The notes beneath the pieces were generated by a model. The model saw only the letters and a program-made list of their open reading frames with translations. It ran no database searches and was not told the origin of the DNA. Positions 1-13,819 of a stretch of DNA of 64,000 nt are shown piece after piece (within the stretch, counting starts at the first letter, position 1; the number at the start of each line of letters is the position of its first letter). This DNA comes from Mustelus asterias (lineage: Eukaryota): positions 51,522,001-51,586,000 of the forward strand of contig NC_135816.1 of NCBI RefSeq assembly GCF_964213995.1. The letters are read 5' to 3'. Position numbers and translations under genes: made by a program.

Positions 1-1025
1 AGAACTTTTACCTCACTTATCTTCGCGCTCATTCCTAAATCTTGCTTCAGTTGAGGTTCATTTTCTATAGTTCCATGAGAGCTACTCGCATCTATAGACG
101 ATTGATTATTTGAGCAGTTCTGATTGCCAGCAACATTTTGGGAAGAGTCCTGCTCCCCCATTTTGTCTGGCAGTTTTGCTTTTCTCAACTTACTTCTCAA
201 GTTGGAGATATCGACTTCAGATTCAGATTGACTTTCACCTTTTGTGGCAGGAAGTGGCTTAGGTCTCAATAGAGGTCTTGGCTTCAGTGGTAGGTTTGGA
301 GACAATTCCACTGATTTGTCTTCTATTTCAGGCTTTGGCTTTGATTGTCTTCCCACAGGCTTTAGATTAGGCCTGGCAATTTCACCTGCTAATGTCTTGG
401 GCCCCGTTTCAAGTCCTTTTGACTGTGAAATTTTACTTGCTTCAGCATTCAGCTTCTTGTCTCCTTTAGGTGCCATTTTTGGGGGCAACAGGGGTAAAAT
501 ACCTCCGGGCACAGCAGGCTTGGGTGGAAGTCCCTTTGAATGCTTATCCACTGCTTCTACCTCAAACCTGTTGTTATTCTGTTCTTTCTTTGAAGGAAGA
601 ACTGGCTTCTCTTTGTTAAACCTGGAAGAGTCATTACTCATTATATTTGAAGGAGAAAAGTGCTTGGATTGGGATTCTACATTTGAGGGAGAATTGAATT
701 TATTGTCAGTTGATGGGGATTTACTTGCATCCCTCCCTCTCCAATCCTTCAGTCGGTGTTGAATTATGGTCTCATTGTCAATATCATTTGATTGTGGCTC
801 TTTGGGCAGAGGTCTAGTTAAAAAGGCACTATCTCCATTAGTACTGCTTCCTGTAGCTCCATCTGAAAGTTTAAGTTTTGCCAGTTCTTGTGCTAAAGGT
901 GGAAGGAAATTTGCCCTTGAAGCATTACTTGATTTCTTGTACTTGTCAATGAAAGACGCTGGGGCCCATCCTTCCTCGTCATCTATCTGAATGTACCACC
1001 AACCACTTAAGTTCTTTTCTATCAC
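1..1025 (-). CDS. SH3PXD2B: SH3PXD2B (Tks4) large 3' exon, partial: end of SH3-3 plus proline-rich region; runs off the window start
   Basis: Acceptor tttctttatag|GTG at 1027/1026. Phase-0 translation VIEKNLSGWWYIQIDDEEGWAPASFIDKYKKSSNASRANFLPPLAQELAKLKLSD...VDISNLRSKLRKAK...ISEVKV is open to base 1 and matches Tks4 motifs (IEKNLSGWWYIQI, NLRSKLR). Confidence 0.95.
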   Translation of the reverse strand, partial: MIEKNLSGWWYIQIDDEEGWAPASFIDKYKKSSNASRANFLPPLAQELAKLKLSDGATGSSTNGDSAFLTRPLPKEPQSNDIDNETIIQHRLKDWRGRDASKSPSTDNKFNSPSNVESQSKHFSPSNIMSNDSSRFNKEKPVLPSKKEQNNNRFEVEAVDKHSKGLPPKPAVPGGILPLLPPKMAPKGDKKLNAEASKISQSKGLETGPKTLAGEIARPNLKPVGRQSKPKPEIEDKSVELSPNLPLKPRPLLRPKPLPATKGESQSESEVDISNLRSKLRKAKLPDKMGEQDSSQNVAGNQNCSNNQSSIDASSSHGTIENEPQLKQDLGMSAKISEVKV

Positions 1026-1789
1026 CTATAAAGAAACAAAAAATACATTTACCTTGAGCAGCAGCATAATGTAATAATACAATAAGCAAGGGGCACTAAG
1101 ACCATTCCTGCTCAGTAGTGACTCAAGAGCAAACCTACTGAATGAAATGAAAGCTCAGGAATTCAAAATAACACTGCAGAATCACAAACTAATTCAAAGA
1201 TGATCCTAGTTTATGTGGCAATAAATCAATTTCTATTATTTCAAATGTGTATATATATAGCATTTTATTCAGTAAGATTTTGGATCTAGAATGTGTACAT
1301 CTGTTCACATTCCCAGAACAAGTAAAACAAAATTAGTTAGCCATCAGAAAATTATTAATACTCCCCAGGCTTAACTATTAAATGTATTTACATGGGATGA
1401 GGTTCTAAAGGATCACCACTGAAATATGAACTGCTGCCTTTAGGAGGGAGAAGAAAAATGTGGAGGGACTGCAAGCTTTAACTTCCCATTGTTTAAACAA
1501 TGAATTAAAGATGCAAAAAATACAGCATTTCGTTGGGTGTGAGTCACTCTTTATGTTAACTGCAGACGCTTCAAATTGAACCGATTAAACTTGGTGCTGT
1601 CCTTGTAACAATTTTTTAAATTAAACTACTAACAACTGCAGGCTGCACCCTCAGGTATCCAGTTTATAATTATTATGAAGTAGATCTTATAGTTTGAATT
1701 TTAATGTTGTTCTAAGTTTCTATTATCAGCACCTTTATAGCTTTCACACTGTACCCTGTGTCTACTATTCAACATGTGCCCACTATTCA

Positions 1790-2815
1790 GCATTCATTAA
1801 AGGGGGTAACAGGAAAACTGTTGTTCAAGGCTACCGAGTCCCCTGGACCCGGTGACCTGCATCCTATGGTCCTAAAAGAAGTGGCTGCACAGATAGTGGA
1901 TGCATTAGTTATAATTTTCCAAAATCCTCTAGATTCAGGAAAGGTTCTAGCCAACTGGAAAACTGCAAATCTTACACCACTATTCGAATAAGGAGGATGA
2001 CAGAAAGCAGGAAATTATAGGCCAGTCCAACATCTGCCTTTGGGAAAATTATGTAATACATTATTAAGGAAATAGTTGCAGAATATTTAGAAAATCATAA
2101 TATAATTGGGCGGTGTAAACATGGTTTTACGAAAAGGAAACTTGCGTTTAAAAGTTCTTTTAAAGATGTAACAAGTAGGGTGAATAAAGGGGAAATGATA
2201 CATGAATAGGGGACATGAATAGGGACGGAATAAAGGGATACGGTCAGTGTAAGGGCAGAAGGCTTTTTTTTTAGTTTAGTTAGGGCATCATGATCAGACT
2301 GGCTTGGAGGGCCGAAGGGCCTGTTCCTGTGCTGTACTTTTCTTTGTTCAGTAGATATAGCACATTTGGATTACTAAAAGGCAGTTGCTAAGGTGTTACA
2401 TAAAAGGTTATTGCACAAGAGCTCATAAGAGCTGATATATGAGCGTGACTAGAGGATTGGCCAACAAACAAGTTATTATTAAAGACATTATCACAAGGCA
2501 CTTGGAAAAATTCAGGACAATCAGGCAGAAACAACATGGTTTGTGAAAGGGAAATTATGTTGAACCAATTTACTGGAGTTCTCTGAAGAAGTAACATGTG
2601 CTGTGGATAAAGGGGAACTGGTGGATGTACTGTATTTAGATTCCAAAAGGCATTTGATAAGATGCCACATCAAAGGTTATTGAGAAAAATAAAAGCTCAT
2701 GGTGGAGGGGTTAACAGATTGGCATGGATAGAGATTGGTTAGCTAACAAGAAACAGCGGGTAGCCAGAATTGGGTCTTTTACTGATTGGAAAGAAGTGGT
2801 GTGCCACAGGGATTA
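1790..2815 (+). mobile_element. Decayed CR1 LINE fragments (RT region), several pieces
   Basis: SPGPGDLHPMVLKEVAAQIVDALVIIFQNPLDSGKVLANWKTANLTPLF (ORF 1758..1991) is classic CR1 ORF2. Many stops and frameshifts follow. Confidence 0.85.
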
Positions 2816-2819
2816 ACGA

Positions 2820-3210
2820 TCAGATATCCACAGAAGTTCTATTGGGTGGCATCAGCCACTTGGCTTCAGACTGTGGAGTGTCTGACAACAGTAGGCCTAC
2901 TGGTTTACATGAATTGTGTTCTTACCAAGAACATTAGAGTATAAGATACATTTTATAACTTGTGTAATCCTTATAAAACTATATGTACCTGCAAAGGTAT
3001 AGCTGAAGTGAAGGAGTGGTGTATTATAGTTTTCTTTTCTATTATCATTTATTGTTTAATAAATGTTTTATTCTTTTGTTAAATTTAATTGGCAGTCCGG
3101 TGACTCTGTTCATCCTTGCCCCTAAACAGAAGGTAAAAGTTAGGATCTGTCAAGTTGGGTTCCATTCTGGGACCTCACTGTCCAGTAGTACCATCAGCTG
3201 GGATCATAAG
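2820..3210 (+). mobile_element. LTR-like fragment interrupting the CR1
   Basis: Contains AATAAA and ends ...ggttccattctgggac...cagctgggatcataa, which matches in reverse complement the TG-starting terminus at 30698. It splits a CR1. Confidence 0.4.
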
Positions 3211-3925
3211 AGACTACAGAATGCTGCAGTACAGAGGGATCTGGGTGTCCTTGTACATGGATCACAAAAAAGGCTACAGGTATAGAAATAATTAGAAAGG
3301 TAAATAGAATGTTGGCCTTTATTGCAATGGCATTGGACTATACCAGTCGGGAATTCTTGCTCCAACTAAGTTGGTCAGACCACATCTAGGGTACTGCATA
3401 CAATTTTGGTCTCCTTATTTAAGGAGGAATAAATCTGGATTGGAGGCAGTGTTGGGTAGTTACTCAGGTTGGTTCCTGTGATTAAGGTATGTCTCATGAG
3501 GAAAGTTAGGGTGTATACTCATTTGAGGTTAAAAGAATGAGTGGTGACTTTATTTGAACATACAAGATTCTGAGAGGGCTTGTCAGGGTAGATGCTGAGA
3601 GGGTGTTTCCCCTTGGTATAATCTAGAACTAGGGTACACAGTTTCAGAATAAAAGGTCTCTCATTTAAGATGAAGATGAGGGGGAGTTTCTTATCTTAGA
3701 CCGTCATCAATCTTTGGAGTTCTATACCCCAGAGAGCATTAGAGGCTGAACTATTGAATGTGTTAGAGGCTGAGTTAGTCAGATTTTTGATCTGAAAGGG
3801 GGGGTCAAAGGTTATGGGGGGAGACTGGAAAGTGAGGAGGCCATGATCAGATCAGCTACGATCTTATTGAATACAGGAGTTGGCTCAAGCGGCCAAATGG
3901 CCTTCTCCTGCTCTGTATCTGACCT
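3210..3925 (+). mobile_element. CR1 LINE 3' end
   Basis: VQRDLGVLVH motif, degenerate LVRPHL..CIQFWSPYL, and the typical shark CR1 3' UTR (gatcagatcagc...ggccaaatggcct). Confidence 0.85.
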
Positions 3926-4413
3926 TCATGCACATTAAACATATGTCTGGGTAATGGAATAATATCTATTCCAGACACCCAACATGATCCTGTTTAAGGG
4001 GGAGAACTTCCTCAGGGATATTTCCATTCCAGCAATATAACTTCAGTGGAATCTCTGGGACTTTTGCCAAAGTTAGGTGGAGCCGGAGAATTTAAATTAG
4101 TAATTAACAGTAAACTTAACTCCCGTTTTACTGTTAATTATAGGTATTAAGCATGAGGTTTGGGTGTATTTGGAACTGGATTGAGAATGCCCAGACTGAA
4201 TTCCCAAAAGGCCGAGGAGAGTTTTGGCCATTAGTCTGTGCTGGCTTTGAACTCTGCGTCCCGAAGAAAAAGAGTGCACTTTTTTCCCCCCCAGTAAAAC
4301 TCTTTCAGACCAGCGCATCAGAATGAGCTTACAAAGGCATCCACATCACTGGTGTATATATATTATACATATGTGTGTATATATGTAGACACACAACATT
4401 TTCATTTGCTTAC

Positions 4414-4539
4414 CTCAACTTTTTGTCCTGCCTGAAAACTGATGCCGTCGGGAATGGTTGTCTGGAAAGCAGCAATAGTATAAAACTCTTCTTCTACTTC
4501 AGGGGGAGTTGGTGGTTTGGGAAGATTCAATCCACGTGG
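4414..4539 (-). CDS. SH3PXD2B: SH3PXD2B exon (126 nt): PxxP linker and first half of SH3-3
   Basis: aaacag|CCA...GAG|gtaagc; phase 0-0; [42 protein letters not shown]. Confidence 0.96.
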
Positions 4540-5136
4540 CTGTTTATAAAGTTAGTGAAAGCCAAAATCATTTACTTAGCTAGCCAAATAGATGCATTGT
4601 CATTCATGTTTCTTATTCTCTATGTTTTCTAAATAATAAATAGCTTCACAGATAAGAAAAGCTATCAGGTTAGGAAACAATTAAAAGATTCGAAAGAAAA
4701 GTTGTTACTATTAACTGTACATACTTTAAGACACCTAAAGCCTTTCAAAAAAAAAATTAAAGCCATGAAAAATACAGCAACAGTAGGCTATCAAATTGGT
4801 CATTAACTGCAACCCTAACCCAGACTACCTTACTGCAACGAGGGGCTGCAGGTAAGAAACTGATATCTATTTCCCCAGGCATAAAATGGGTACCAAAGAT
4901 TCTAATTTAACAGTGGCATAAGCCCTGTCCAATCTAGGCAGGCATAGGTTGCACTGTTGAATTCATGAGGCATATTTATAAGGTGTCCTCGAAAGATACA
5001 TAAAGCAGAGCTTTAGTGCTTTGAATGTTAAGATAGTGACCTGACACCTGTTCAAGGACCCCTGTCGAAATTAGTCAGCAATGAAAGGGGCAGGCCCGGC
5101 ACCCAGCCTCACTCAGAATTCTTCATTAATCCACAC

Positions 5137-6800
5137 TATAGAAACGTAGAAACATTAAAAACTAGAAGCAGCAGTCGGTCATTTGAGCCTGTTCTGCCAT
5201 TCATTTGATCATGGCTGATCATTGAATTCAATATCCTGATCCCCTCTTCCCCCCCATATCCCTTGATCCCTTTAGTCCCGAGAGCGATGTCTAAATTCTT
5301 CTTGAAATCAGACAATGTTTTTGCTTCAACTACATTCTGTGGTAGTGAATTCCACACATTCAGCACCCTCCGGGTGAAGAAATTTCTCCTCACCTCAGTC
5401 CTAAAAGGTTTACCCCTTATCCTCAAACTATGACCCTTCCTTCTGGATTCCCCCATAATTGGGAACATTCTTTCTGAATCTACCCTGTCTAACCCTACTA
5501 GAATTTTATAAGTATCTATGAGATCCCCTCTCATTCTTCTAAGCTCCAGTGAATATACCCTAACTGACTTAGTCTCTCCTCATATGACAGACCTGCCATC
5601 CCAGGAATCAGCCTGGTAAACCTTCGCTGTACTCCCTCTATAGCAAGAACATCCTTCCTCAGATAGGAACACCAAAACTGCACACAATATTGCAGATATG
5701 GCCTCACCAACACCCTATACAATTGCAGCAAAACATCTCTATCCTCAAATCCTCCCACTATGAAGGTCAACGTACCATTTGTCTTTATTGCCTGCTGTAC
5801 CTGCCTGCTTACTTTCAGTGACTGATGCACGGGACACCTAGGTCTCATTGAGTATCCACCTCTCTCAATTCAAGTAATAATCTGTCTCCCTATTATTGCT
5901 GCCAAAGTGAATAATCTCACATTTATCCACATTATACTGCATCTGCCATGCATATGCCCACACACTCAGCCTGTCCAAATCACGTTGAAGAATCTCTGCA
6001 TCCTCCTCACAGCTCACCCTCCCACCCAACAATGTACCATCTGCAAATCTGGAGATAATACATTCAGTTCCCTCTTCCAAATCATTAATATATAATGTGA
6101 ACAACTTGGGTCCTAGCACAGTTCCCTGTGGAACTCCACTAATCACTGACTGCCAATCAGAAAAAGACCCACTTATGCCAACTCTTTGCTTCCTATCTGC
6201 TAACCAGCTTTCTTTCCACCTCAAGACATTACCTTCAATTCCATGTGCTTTAACGTTACATAGTAGCCTGTTATGTGAGACCTGGTTGAAAGCCTTCTGA
6301 AAGTCTAAATAACCCACATCCAGTGGTTCTCCTCGGTCAACTCTACTAGTTATATCCTCAAAGAATTCCAAGAGATTCGTCAAGCATAATGTCCCTTTTG
6401 TAAATCCATGCTGACTTTGTCTGATTTTATCACTGCCTTCCAAATGCTGAGTTATGAAATCCTTGATAATGGACTCTAGCAATTTCCCCAGTACCGATGT
6501 CATGCTCACTTGGTCTATAATTCCTTGTTTTCTCACTACCTCCTTTTTTGAATAGCGGGCTTACATTAAGCTACCCTCCAATCTGTAGGAACCAATCCAG
6601 AGTCCAAAGAATTTTGGAAAATAACTACCAATCGATTTACTATTTCCAGGGCCACTTCCTTAAGTACTCTGGGATGAAGATTATCAGGACCTGGAGATTT
6701 ATCCACCTTCAAACCCATCAATTTCTCCAAAACCATTTCTCTACTAACGGTGATTTCCTTCAGCTCCTCATTAAAACTTGTTTCTCTCAGAACTTCTGAT
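5137..6800 (-). mobile_element. 5'-truncated CR1 LINE (RT domain plus 3' UTR), frameshifted
   Basis: Consecutive ORFs 6566..6805, 5865..6536 (QHGFTKG, YLDFQKAF, GVPQGTVLGP, FADGT), 5531..5848 and 5136..5534. Short-repeat tail near 5140. Confidence 0.95.
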
Positions 6801-7811
6801 ACCACCTTAAACTCAAGTTTTAATTTTTAAGAATCTTCCTGTAGAGCCACAAAGAGCAGAAGATTTTGAGAAGGGAAATACAGCAAGTATAAAATCCTCA
6901 AAATGATATAACAGCACTTTATCACAAAGACTGTGTTGTGGTTATTTTTAAAACTTTTAAGGGCTAATGAAGCAACTCATGACATTCTGTCCCATGACAT
7001 GACTAGAGAGTGCTGGCTACTGTCTGCTGTTGGATTCATAATGTCACTACAGCAGAGAAACCCTCCGGAGAAACAAGTCGGTTTTCTTTCCAGATCATAC
7101 AACACTGCCAAAAGGAAAATCAAGGGGACGTGTTTCACACCATCGTGCAGGGGGCAGTATTACAAAACTCGGCTGCACAGAGATCGGGGCACCATTTATA
7201 AAGGGCCCCTTGATCATAACCTGTGTAAACCACCCCCATCCCACCACTGAGGTCTCAGGCACTTCTCTGCCTCTGCCACCGCCCCCCCCCCCGATCATCA
7301 GCTCCTTGCCCCCCACCGATCATTAGCTCCTTCCCTCCCCTGATCACTGGCCCCTCCCCTACCCCCCACACCCCCCCTTGGTCAATGGCCTTTCCCTTCC
7401 CTCCCCAATTATCTCTTCCCCCCTCCCCCCCCATCCCTCACAGTCGAAGCCAGCACCATCCCTTTCCCCCCTCACCCACCCATCCACCCCCACCAATGGC
7501 AATTGACGGCAACCCCTGCTCCATTCCTGGGCACCATCACATACAAACGTACTGCCTGCCCCATGAGGCTTGCATTGGGGCCTGCCCCTGGCGCAGGTTG
7601 GCATAATGCCAAGCAGGCAGTGCTGGGAGAGCAGTGTCAGGTCACTGTCTGGCCATCTCCCTTTCCCCTGCGAGCTATACTCATCTTTGCACCTCCAAGG
7701 AGACCCCCATGAGTGGTTCACATCTAGGTGAACATATTGTAAATTGCATTGGCGCGGTGTCAATATATGGCAGGAGGTCAATATCTGGCAAGGGTGCCAA
7801 AATTCCTGGCA

Positions 7812-8094
7812 ATTCCTGGCTTGGGTCACTGTCTGTGTGGAGTTTGCACATTCTCCTCGTGTCTGCGTGGGTTTCCTCCAGGTGCTCTGGTTTCCTCCCA
7901 CAGTCCAAAGATGTGCGGGTTAGGTTGATTGGCCATGCTAAAAATTGCCCCATAGTGTCCTGAGATGTGTAGGTTAGAGGGATTAGTGGGTAAAATATGT
8001 AGGGATATGGGGGTAGGGATTGTGGTCGGTGCAGACTCGATGGGCTGAATGGCCTCTTTCTGTACTGTAGGGTTTCTATGATTTCTATGATTTC
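7812..8094 (+). mobile_element. HE1-type V-SINE, 5'-truncated
   Basis: V-domain core gtctgtgtggagtttgcacattctcc...gggtttcctcc; CR1-like tail (tttctatga)n. Confidence 0.9.
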
Positions 8095-9025
8095 TCAGGG
8101 CCGTGGGTTATTAAAATGTATTGAAATTCATGTAAATCAGGTTTATGCCCATCATGTGTGTGAATCGGCTGACATTGCTGGTGAGGGGCGGGGAAAATCC
8201 AAGATCACAATCTCATTGGCGAGAACTGCAACTTTCAGATCTTCAGCCCCCGCCAGCATTCGCATGGATGGTGAACACAGGTTCAAGAGCGCACCCGTGG
8301 TCAAATCAGGTACAGAAAGTAAAATACAGAGTGAAAGGAAGATTGGATTAAGAGAAAGAGAAAAATAAATCAAAAGAAAATGTAAAAAAAAAGTTTTAAA
8401 TTGCCTGCAACAACTCAAAGTTGAAGGAATGAGACTCCATACTTATAACAGTCCATAGACACTGGCAGTAATTAAAACTGTTAAAAAGGGCTCACAGACA
8501 GAAATGGACAAGGCTTAATTGTTGATGGCAAGTTTGTGTCTACAGTACAGGAACTTTATGTTACTCACTGTTGGATTGGTGTAGCATACAGCAAAATGGC
8601 ATTTTTGGAAAGCTAACAGCCAAATAGTGCAATTCAAGACAGCTTCTGGGTTTTCAAATTTAATCACACATCTGATCTCACCTGAAGTGGATATGCAATT
8701 TGTGCATAAATTACAGTGAAGACCGTTAACCTCACTGTTACTTTGACAGTGAGCTCTGCAATCTGCTTCATAACTATACCTGCCCCTTACAAACCACTAT
8801 TCTTTGACTCAGTGATTTTGTCTGCAAACCCCTCCACCACTGATCAAAGTACTTGTTTGCAACTGACTTGTCCACTTTACAAGAAAACTTTTAAAAACAC
8901 AATTTTAATTAAGCTTTTGGTCACCAGCCATAATTTCTCCCTTCCCGTTATGCCCATTTTCTGTTTTGTGAAGTGATTTGGGACTTTTTGTGTTAAAGAC
9001 TCCAAATTAATCTGCTGATACTCAC

Positions 9026-9075
9026 CACAGTAAGATCTCTTCTTGGAGGTGGTCTTTGTCTCATGTTTGGTAACT
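9026..9075 (-). CDS. SH3PXD2B: SH3PXD2B small exon (50 nt)
   Basis: aatacag|AGTTA...GTG|gtgagt; phase 1-0; (K)LPNMRQRPPPRRDLTV, matching the Tks4 MRQRPPPRRD motif. It restores frame between the flanking exons. Confidence 0.95.
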
Positions 9076-10042
9076 CTGTATTGTTTAAAAGAAATGTAAT
9101 TAACTTTTGTTGTATAGATAGCCAAGACTCCTTCTAATTTTCAATATAATTAATAGCGGAACAAGAATTTTCATCTTTCTTCAGACGATGAAAGTTAAAT
9201 GTGATACATATCATATTCTGAAAAAGGTTAAACACACAAGAATGATCCACTGGCCTTTAGATTATAAAATTTGAAAGTTTCAATTGGAAACTTGGAAAAG
9301 TGAGGAAGTACCTGAAGATATCAATTCTCACAGGTCACCGTTGGCTGAGAAAAAGCCTAAATGAAAACAGACAATTTGGATGCACGGATGCATGGAATTC
9401 CTGTGGTGATGTGGAATTACAGTGCAACTTAAGAGGAAGGCCCCATTTGACTCGCGAGAACACTGAAGTCAGCAATTATCAGACGACTGGTATTTGGGAA
9501 TGTCAAATCAACAATGGGTACAGTTTAACTCCACATAAAAATATGAAGCCATATTTTAAAAGGATCCAGATGGAAATGGATGCTTATTATGGAACACTTT
9601 TCAGTTTGCCATAGAAGTGACATTTCTGCAAGCCCTTGTAACTTGACATCTCAAGTTTATAGCCATGAAAATAGAATTCAATAAATTTTCCCATCAAAGC
9701 AATTAGGAGTGGAACACAAAACATCATCTTGTTGTCATTCATTCCCTCAGGTTAGACCTCCATATACAACACCTGCTCAATTTTCACCTATTCCAGAAGT
9801 GCTGAGTCATACAGGAAAGGAGACTCAACTTTTGCTTTACCTTTTCAATGAGCAACATCAAGTAGATGGATGAGTTTCAACTATTGCCCATTCCTATTAT
9901 CTGTTCTGTCACTGGCAATATTCTGAAATGGAACCTCTGACGTGAGAACTCCTATGGCTCCGACAAGTGACATGCCATCTGTTTCTCATCACAGCTAATG
10001 AAGACATTCTATGCGCCTGCATAGTTCCAAGTACATACTTAC

Positions 10043-10275
10043 TGCTTTTCGCATCAGCACATGCGGCTCCTCGGATTGCGATTTTTTCATCTTTCTGGTC
10101 AAATAAAGATGTCTTCTCTCTGATCTCTTTAGGGCAGGCTGACTGTTTGCCAATTCCATCAAGGTCAGTTGCACTTGAATGGATAGATTGCCCCGAAGTT
10201 ATTTTCTGACCCAAGAGATCATTGGTAGCCTTTTTCAAGTATGAGGCAGGGGCCCATCCCTCTCGGTTTTGATAT
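10043..10275 (-). CDS. SH3PXD2B: SH3PXD2B exon (233 nt): end of SH3-2 and linker
   Basis: ttgaacag|ATATC...AAGCA|gtaagt; phase 2-1; (R)YQNREGWAPASYLKKATNDLLGQKITSGQSIHSSATDLDGIGKQ...ADAKS (inside ORF 9909..10322). Confidence 0.95.
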
Positions 10276-13201
10276 CTGTTCAAGAAGAAATAAATACTTT
10301 CTGAATGAACTCGCTTAGTCACTGTGGCATTGCTGTCCCTGAACTCTCAAAATCGGTTCTGTAAACCTGGGTAAATGTGCACTTAATTTAAAATAGAGGC
10401 CAATAATAAGTAAGTTAGGGAATGGGATGGATTTAAGATTGCTACTTTCTGAAGAAAGACATAATCAAGAATCATCAGCTCTCTGAAAACACAACTGCCC
10501 TGTCTTTCCCCTTCCCCCATTATAAAGAAAAACCTTTAAACATTGTACAAGCAGTCACGCTATGGGTTTTTCCTGACATTTTGAGTCACATTTGTTCCAA
10601 TTTCAACCATCAGTGACTGAAAGGATGTGTCAGTTCCTGTTCTCAGATCTGTAACTAAACAGGCAACTAGGGAGAACTGTTTCTCCAAGTTTCTGATTGA
10701 GATTGCATTCATTATATGGGAATCTCACAGAGGAACCCCATGGCACAATGGAGAGAACTTTAAACCACTCCCCTCCCCATGACAAGTTGAGAGCGGGTGG
10801 AGGGTAGATTTAATAGTCCGATTCCTGAAATCTGACCCAAACCCGACATCAACCTATCTGTTTTAACAGTGACAGTTTTAAGGATGCCTGAGTAATCCAC
10901 ACTGGAAGGGTGGGTGAGTAGTTAGATGTAAACAAGGCTGTACTCCTGATATTTTCAAAACTATTTGAATTTAACACCTCCTGCATGAGTTTCATGAGGT
11001 TCAGGAAACCCAGCAACTAAAGGAAGCTAGGAACAGCTGGATTCAGCAGTTGAGTACTTTTTTACGGCACTGCTTGTGGGTCGGGAGAAGATGTGCTGCT
11101 TCACACAGCCTCTCAAGCAAGTCTTTTGACATGATTTCTTGGACCAAATACCACCCAATTCAAACCCTCAAACTCTCCTGGTCCCCTGTCCTTTCCTTTT
11201 GCCAGTCTGACTAGCCCCAGCCCAGTGGATCTTTTCTGGTTTTCTGCCAATCTGATCACTGGTTGGCAGTTGGGTGGAAGTAAATGAGGTTGTACCATTA
11301 AACTTGGCAAGACCTTCAGCCTCCTGGGAAATCACCCCTGCTCCCTCGCCTCACAAACTTTACTCCCCTGCTTCCTCCCCGCCAATATTGGGGCCAATGG
11401 ATAGGAATGCAAAAATGACAAAGTACTGTCACCACCTCTCACATCTTTATTAAATGGTACATGATACTAGCACTGGAACTTTGTCCTTTGACACTATCTA
11501 AAATGTTGAAAACATCCTGGCTGAAATAAAGCAAAATTAGAATTGCACTTGATAGCAAGTAGCCAATTAATGTACCAGGATTCCAGGGCCAAGTGTTGTA
11601 AAAGATCGATCAAAACAAAATTCCCATCTATCTTGGCAAACTGCTGACATTCAACTAATATTGGAGAATGGGGAAAACATTAGTGGAAGTTTGGGCCCAA
11701 TCTTCCAAGGAAAGATTGTTCGATTACTGCTCTGCTCCTATTTTCTTACCTTACACTGGAGTTCCATATGCCTTGCCCAGTGAACCGGGCCTCCTGAGAA
11801 ACATGGAACTTACCTGCTCCTGGACTCCTTTCCTCACAGGCTAGAACATCGAAGGCAGCCAAGACACGCCCATTTTATTTTACAGCACTAGCTGCCATAT
11901 TCCAATAAGTTTAAATGTCCCTTTCCTTAAAAACCACTTTGACAAGCTAAGAGAAGGTAAGTACGTAAGGTAAGTGGGTGTGGGAGGTCAGAGGTGAGGG
12001 GGTCGGAAGATAGGGCTAGAATGGTTGGTGATGTCAAGGTAGTTGGGGAGTGGTCAGGGGTCGGGATAGTAGTGGTGTTGGAGAGTCAGAATATGTGGGA
12101 CCTGGAGTGTAGGAGGAGTTAGTTGGGTTGGGGCATTAGTGGAGGGTTTGGGTGGTCAGAGGTCGGGATGTGGGTAGTTGAGGGGTCAGGTGGGTATTTG
12201 GGGGCATCATTGAAATAGATACCTAAGAGTTAGAACTAATTTGAATCTCTCTCTGTTTTCCTGGATAACTATTCTGCTAACTGAGTCAGAAGCATTCAAA
12301 ACTTCTCATTTCAAATCAAAGTTTCAGAGGGTTCCAGATGAATGGTAATTTCCAAATGAAAGTTGAAACTTCCCAGCTAATTCCTGCGCATCTTCTGTGG
12401 TAACTCTGGAGTATGATCAGCCTTAAGAGTTTCTGTTCAGTTTACACTGGATTGCTGCTGCTGTCGGGAACTAGAAGTACAAGCACTCCTTTAAGACCAA
12501 TGAATAAGCAGCGACCAAGAACTGTCTGTTGTTCCCACCATTCAAAGTGCCACCACTGCAAAGGGACTGTATACAAAAAAATGACAGTTCTGCATTAAAG
12601 GTCTCGGAGGAACGCTGTCATGGGAATCAGAACTGGGATTTTTTTCACACATGTGCGTGAAACGGATGTTAATCCTTCCTCAGCTGGTTACATCAAAAGG
12701 ATATTACATAACATTTATTTCAACAAATTAATCATATCCTGTCATATAATGAAAGACAGCTCATTGATTAAAAAGGAAGTCATCAAAATCTGGCACATCT
12801 AAGCTCAAACCAATTCAGCTACTGCTAGGTGGGAACATCTGGTAAATAGCTTAAATATAATTTTAAGACATGAACAGAATCTATCACAAAATATTGACAT
12901 ATTTCAAGATTTTATTTGTTGCAAAGTAACCTCTACTCTTTGTCCCAGATCCATATTACCCTTAATTGGGAGATGGGGACAGTTTTACCTTGTATCTCTT
13001 TTGCCCAGTAGTATTGCCATATCTCCATCCGATGAATGCTATAGAAAGGCAGCCCTTCCTCCAGTAAGATGCAGCAGGAGGAAAAAATGCCAATATTTGT
13101 TTTAAAGACAGGGGCTGCAAAATTTGGGTGCATAGTGTCCATTACTTTGGGTGTTGTTTTGCATCTAAAATGTCATCTGTGGTGCAGGGAGTGTTGACCA
13201 G

Positions 13202-13508
13202 ATCATAGAATCCCTACAGTGCAGAAGGAGGCATTCGGCCTATCGAGTTTGCACTGGCCACAATCGCACCCAGGTCTTATTCCTGTAACCCCATATATTT
13301 ACCCTGCTAATTCCCTTTAGCATGGTCAATCAACATAATCTGCACATCTTTAAGACTGTGGGAGGAAACCAGAGCACCCGGAGGAAACCTACACTGACAC
13401 AGGGAGAAAGTGCAAACTCCACACAGACAGTGACCCGAGGCCGGATTTGAACCCGGGTCCCTGGCGCTGTGAGGCAGCAGTGCTAACCACTGTACCACCG
13501 TGCCACCC
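13202..13508 (-). mobile_element. HE1-type V-SINE
   Basis: tRNA-derived head (box A/box B: tggttagcac, ggttcaaatcc), V core and CR1-type tail. Confidence 0.9.
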
Positions 13509-13819
13509 ATGTTTGTCAAGTAGGTAGATCATGATGTTAATCAGTGCGTAAAACAAATTTAACACCAGTGCTGCTATTATGGACCTCAATATCCAGGCAT
13601 ATATCCTTTTAGCAGAAAGGATCCCCGGCCAATGCTATATGTATGGATCATCAACTGCTTATAGGCTATTTGCTGATTGATTTCTGCTAGCTCTTACTTT
13701 AATTGTAAACATTTTGGTGCTTCTGGAGTTGTTTGAAACTGATGTCTAAGAAGGAGTGAAGTGGTATGTGAGGATCTTTGCCCTGACTTTAAGAATTCTG
13801 CACAGATCACTTGCACCCA

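Noticed and set aside
244-990. Plus-strand ORFs of 172 aa and 74 aa
   Set aside because: They are antisense shadows of the SH3PXD2B proline/lysine-rich exon, with no independent protein features.
5136-6805. Active reverse transcriptase
   Set aside because: 5'-truncated, frameshifted into four ORFs, with the catalytic motif degraded to FADGT.
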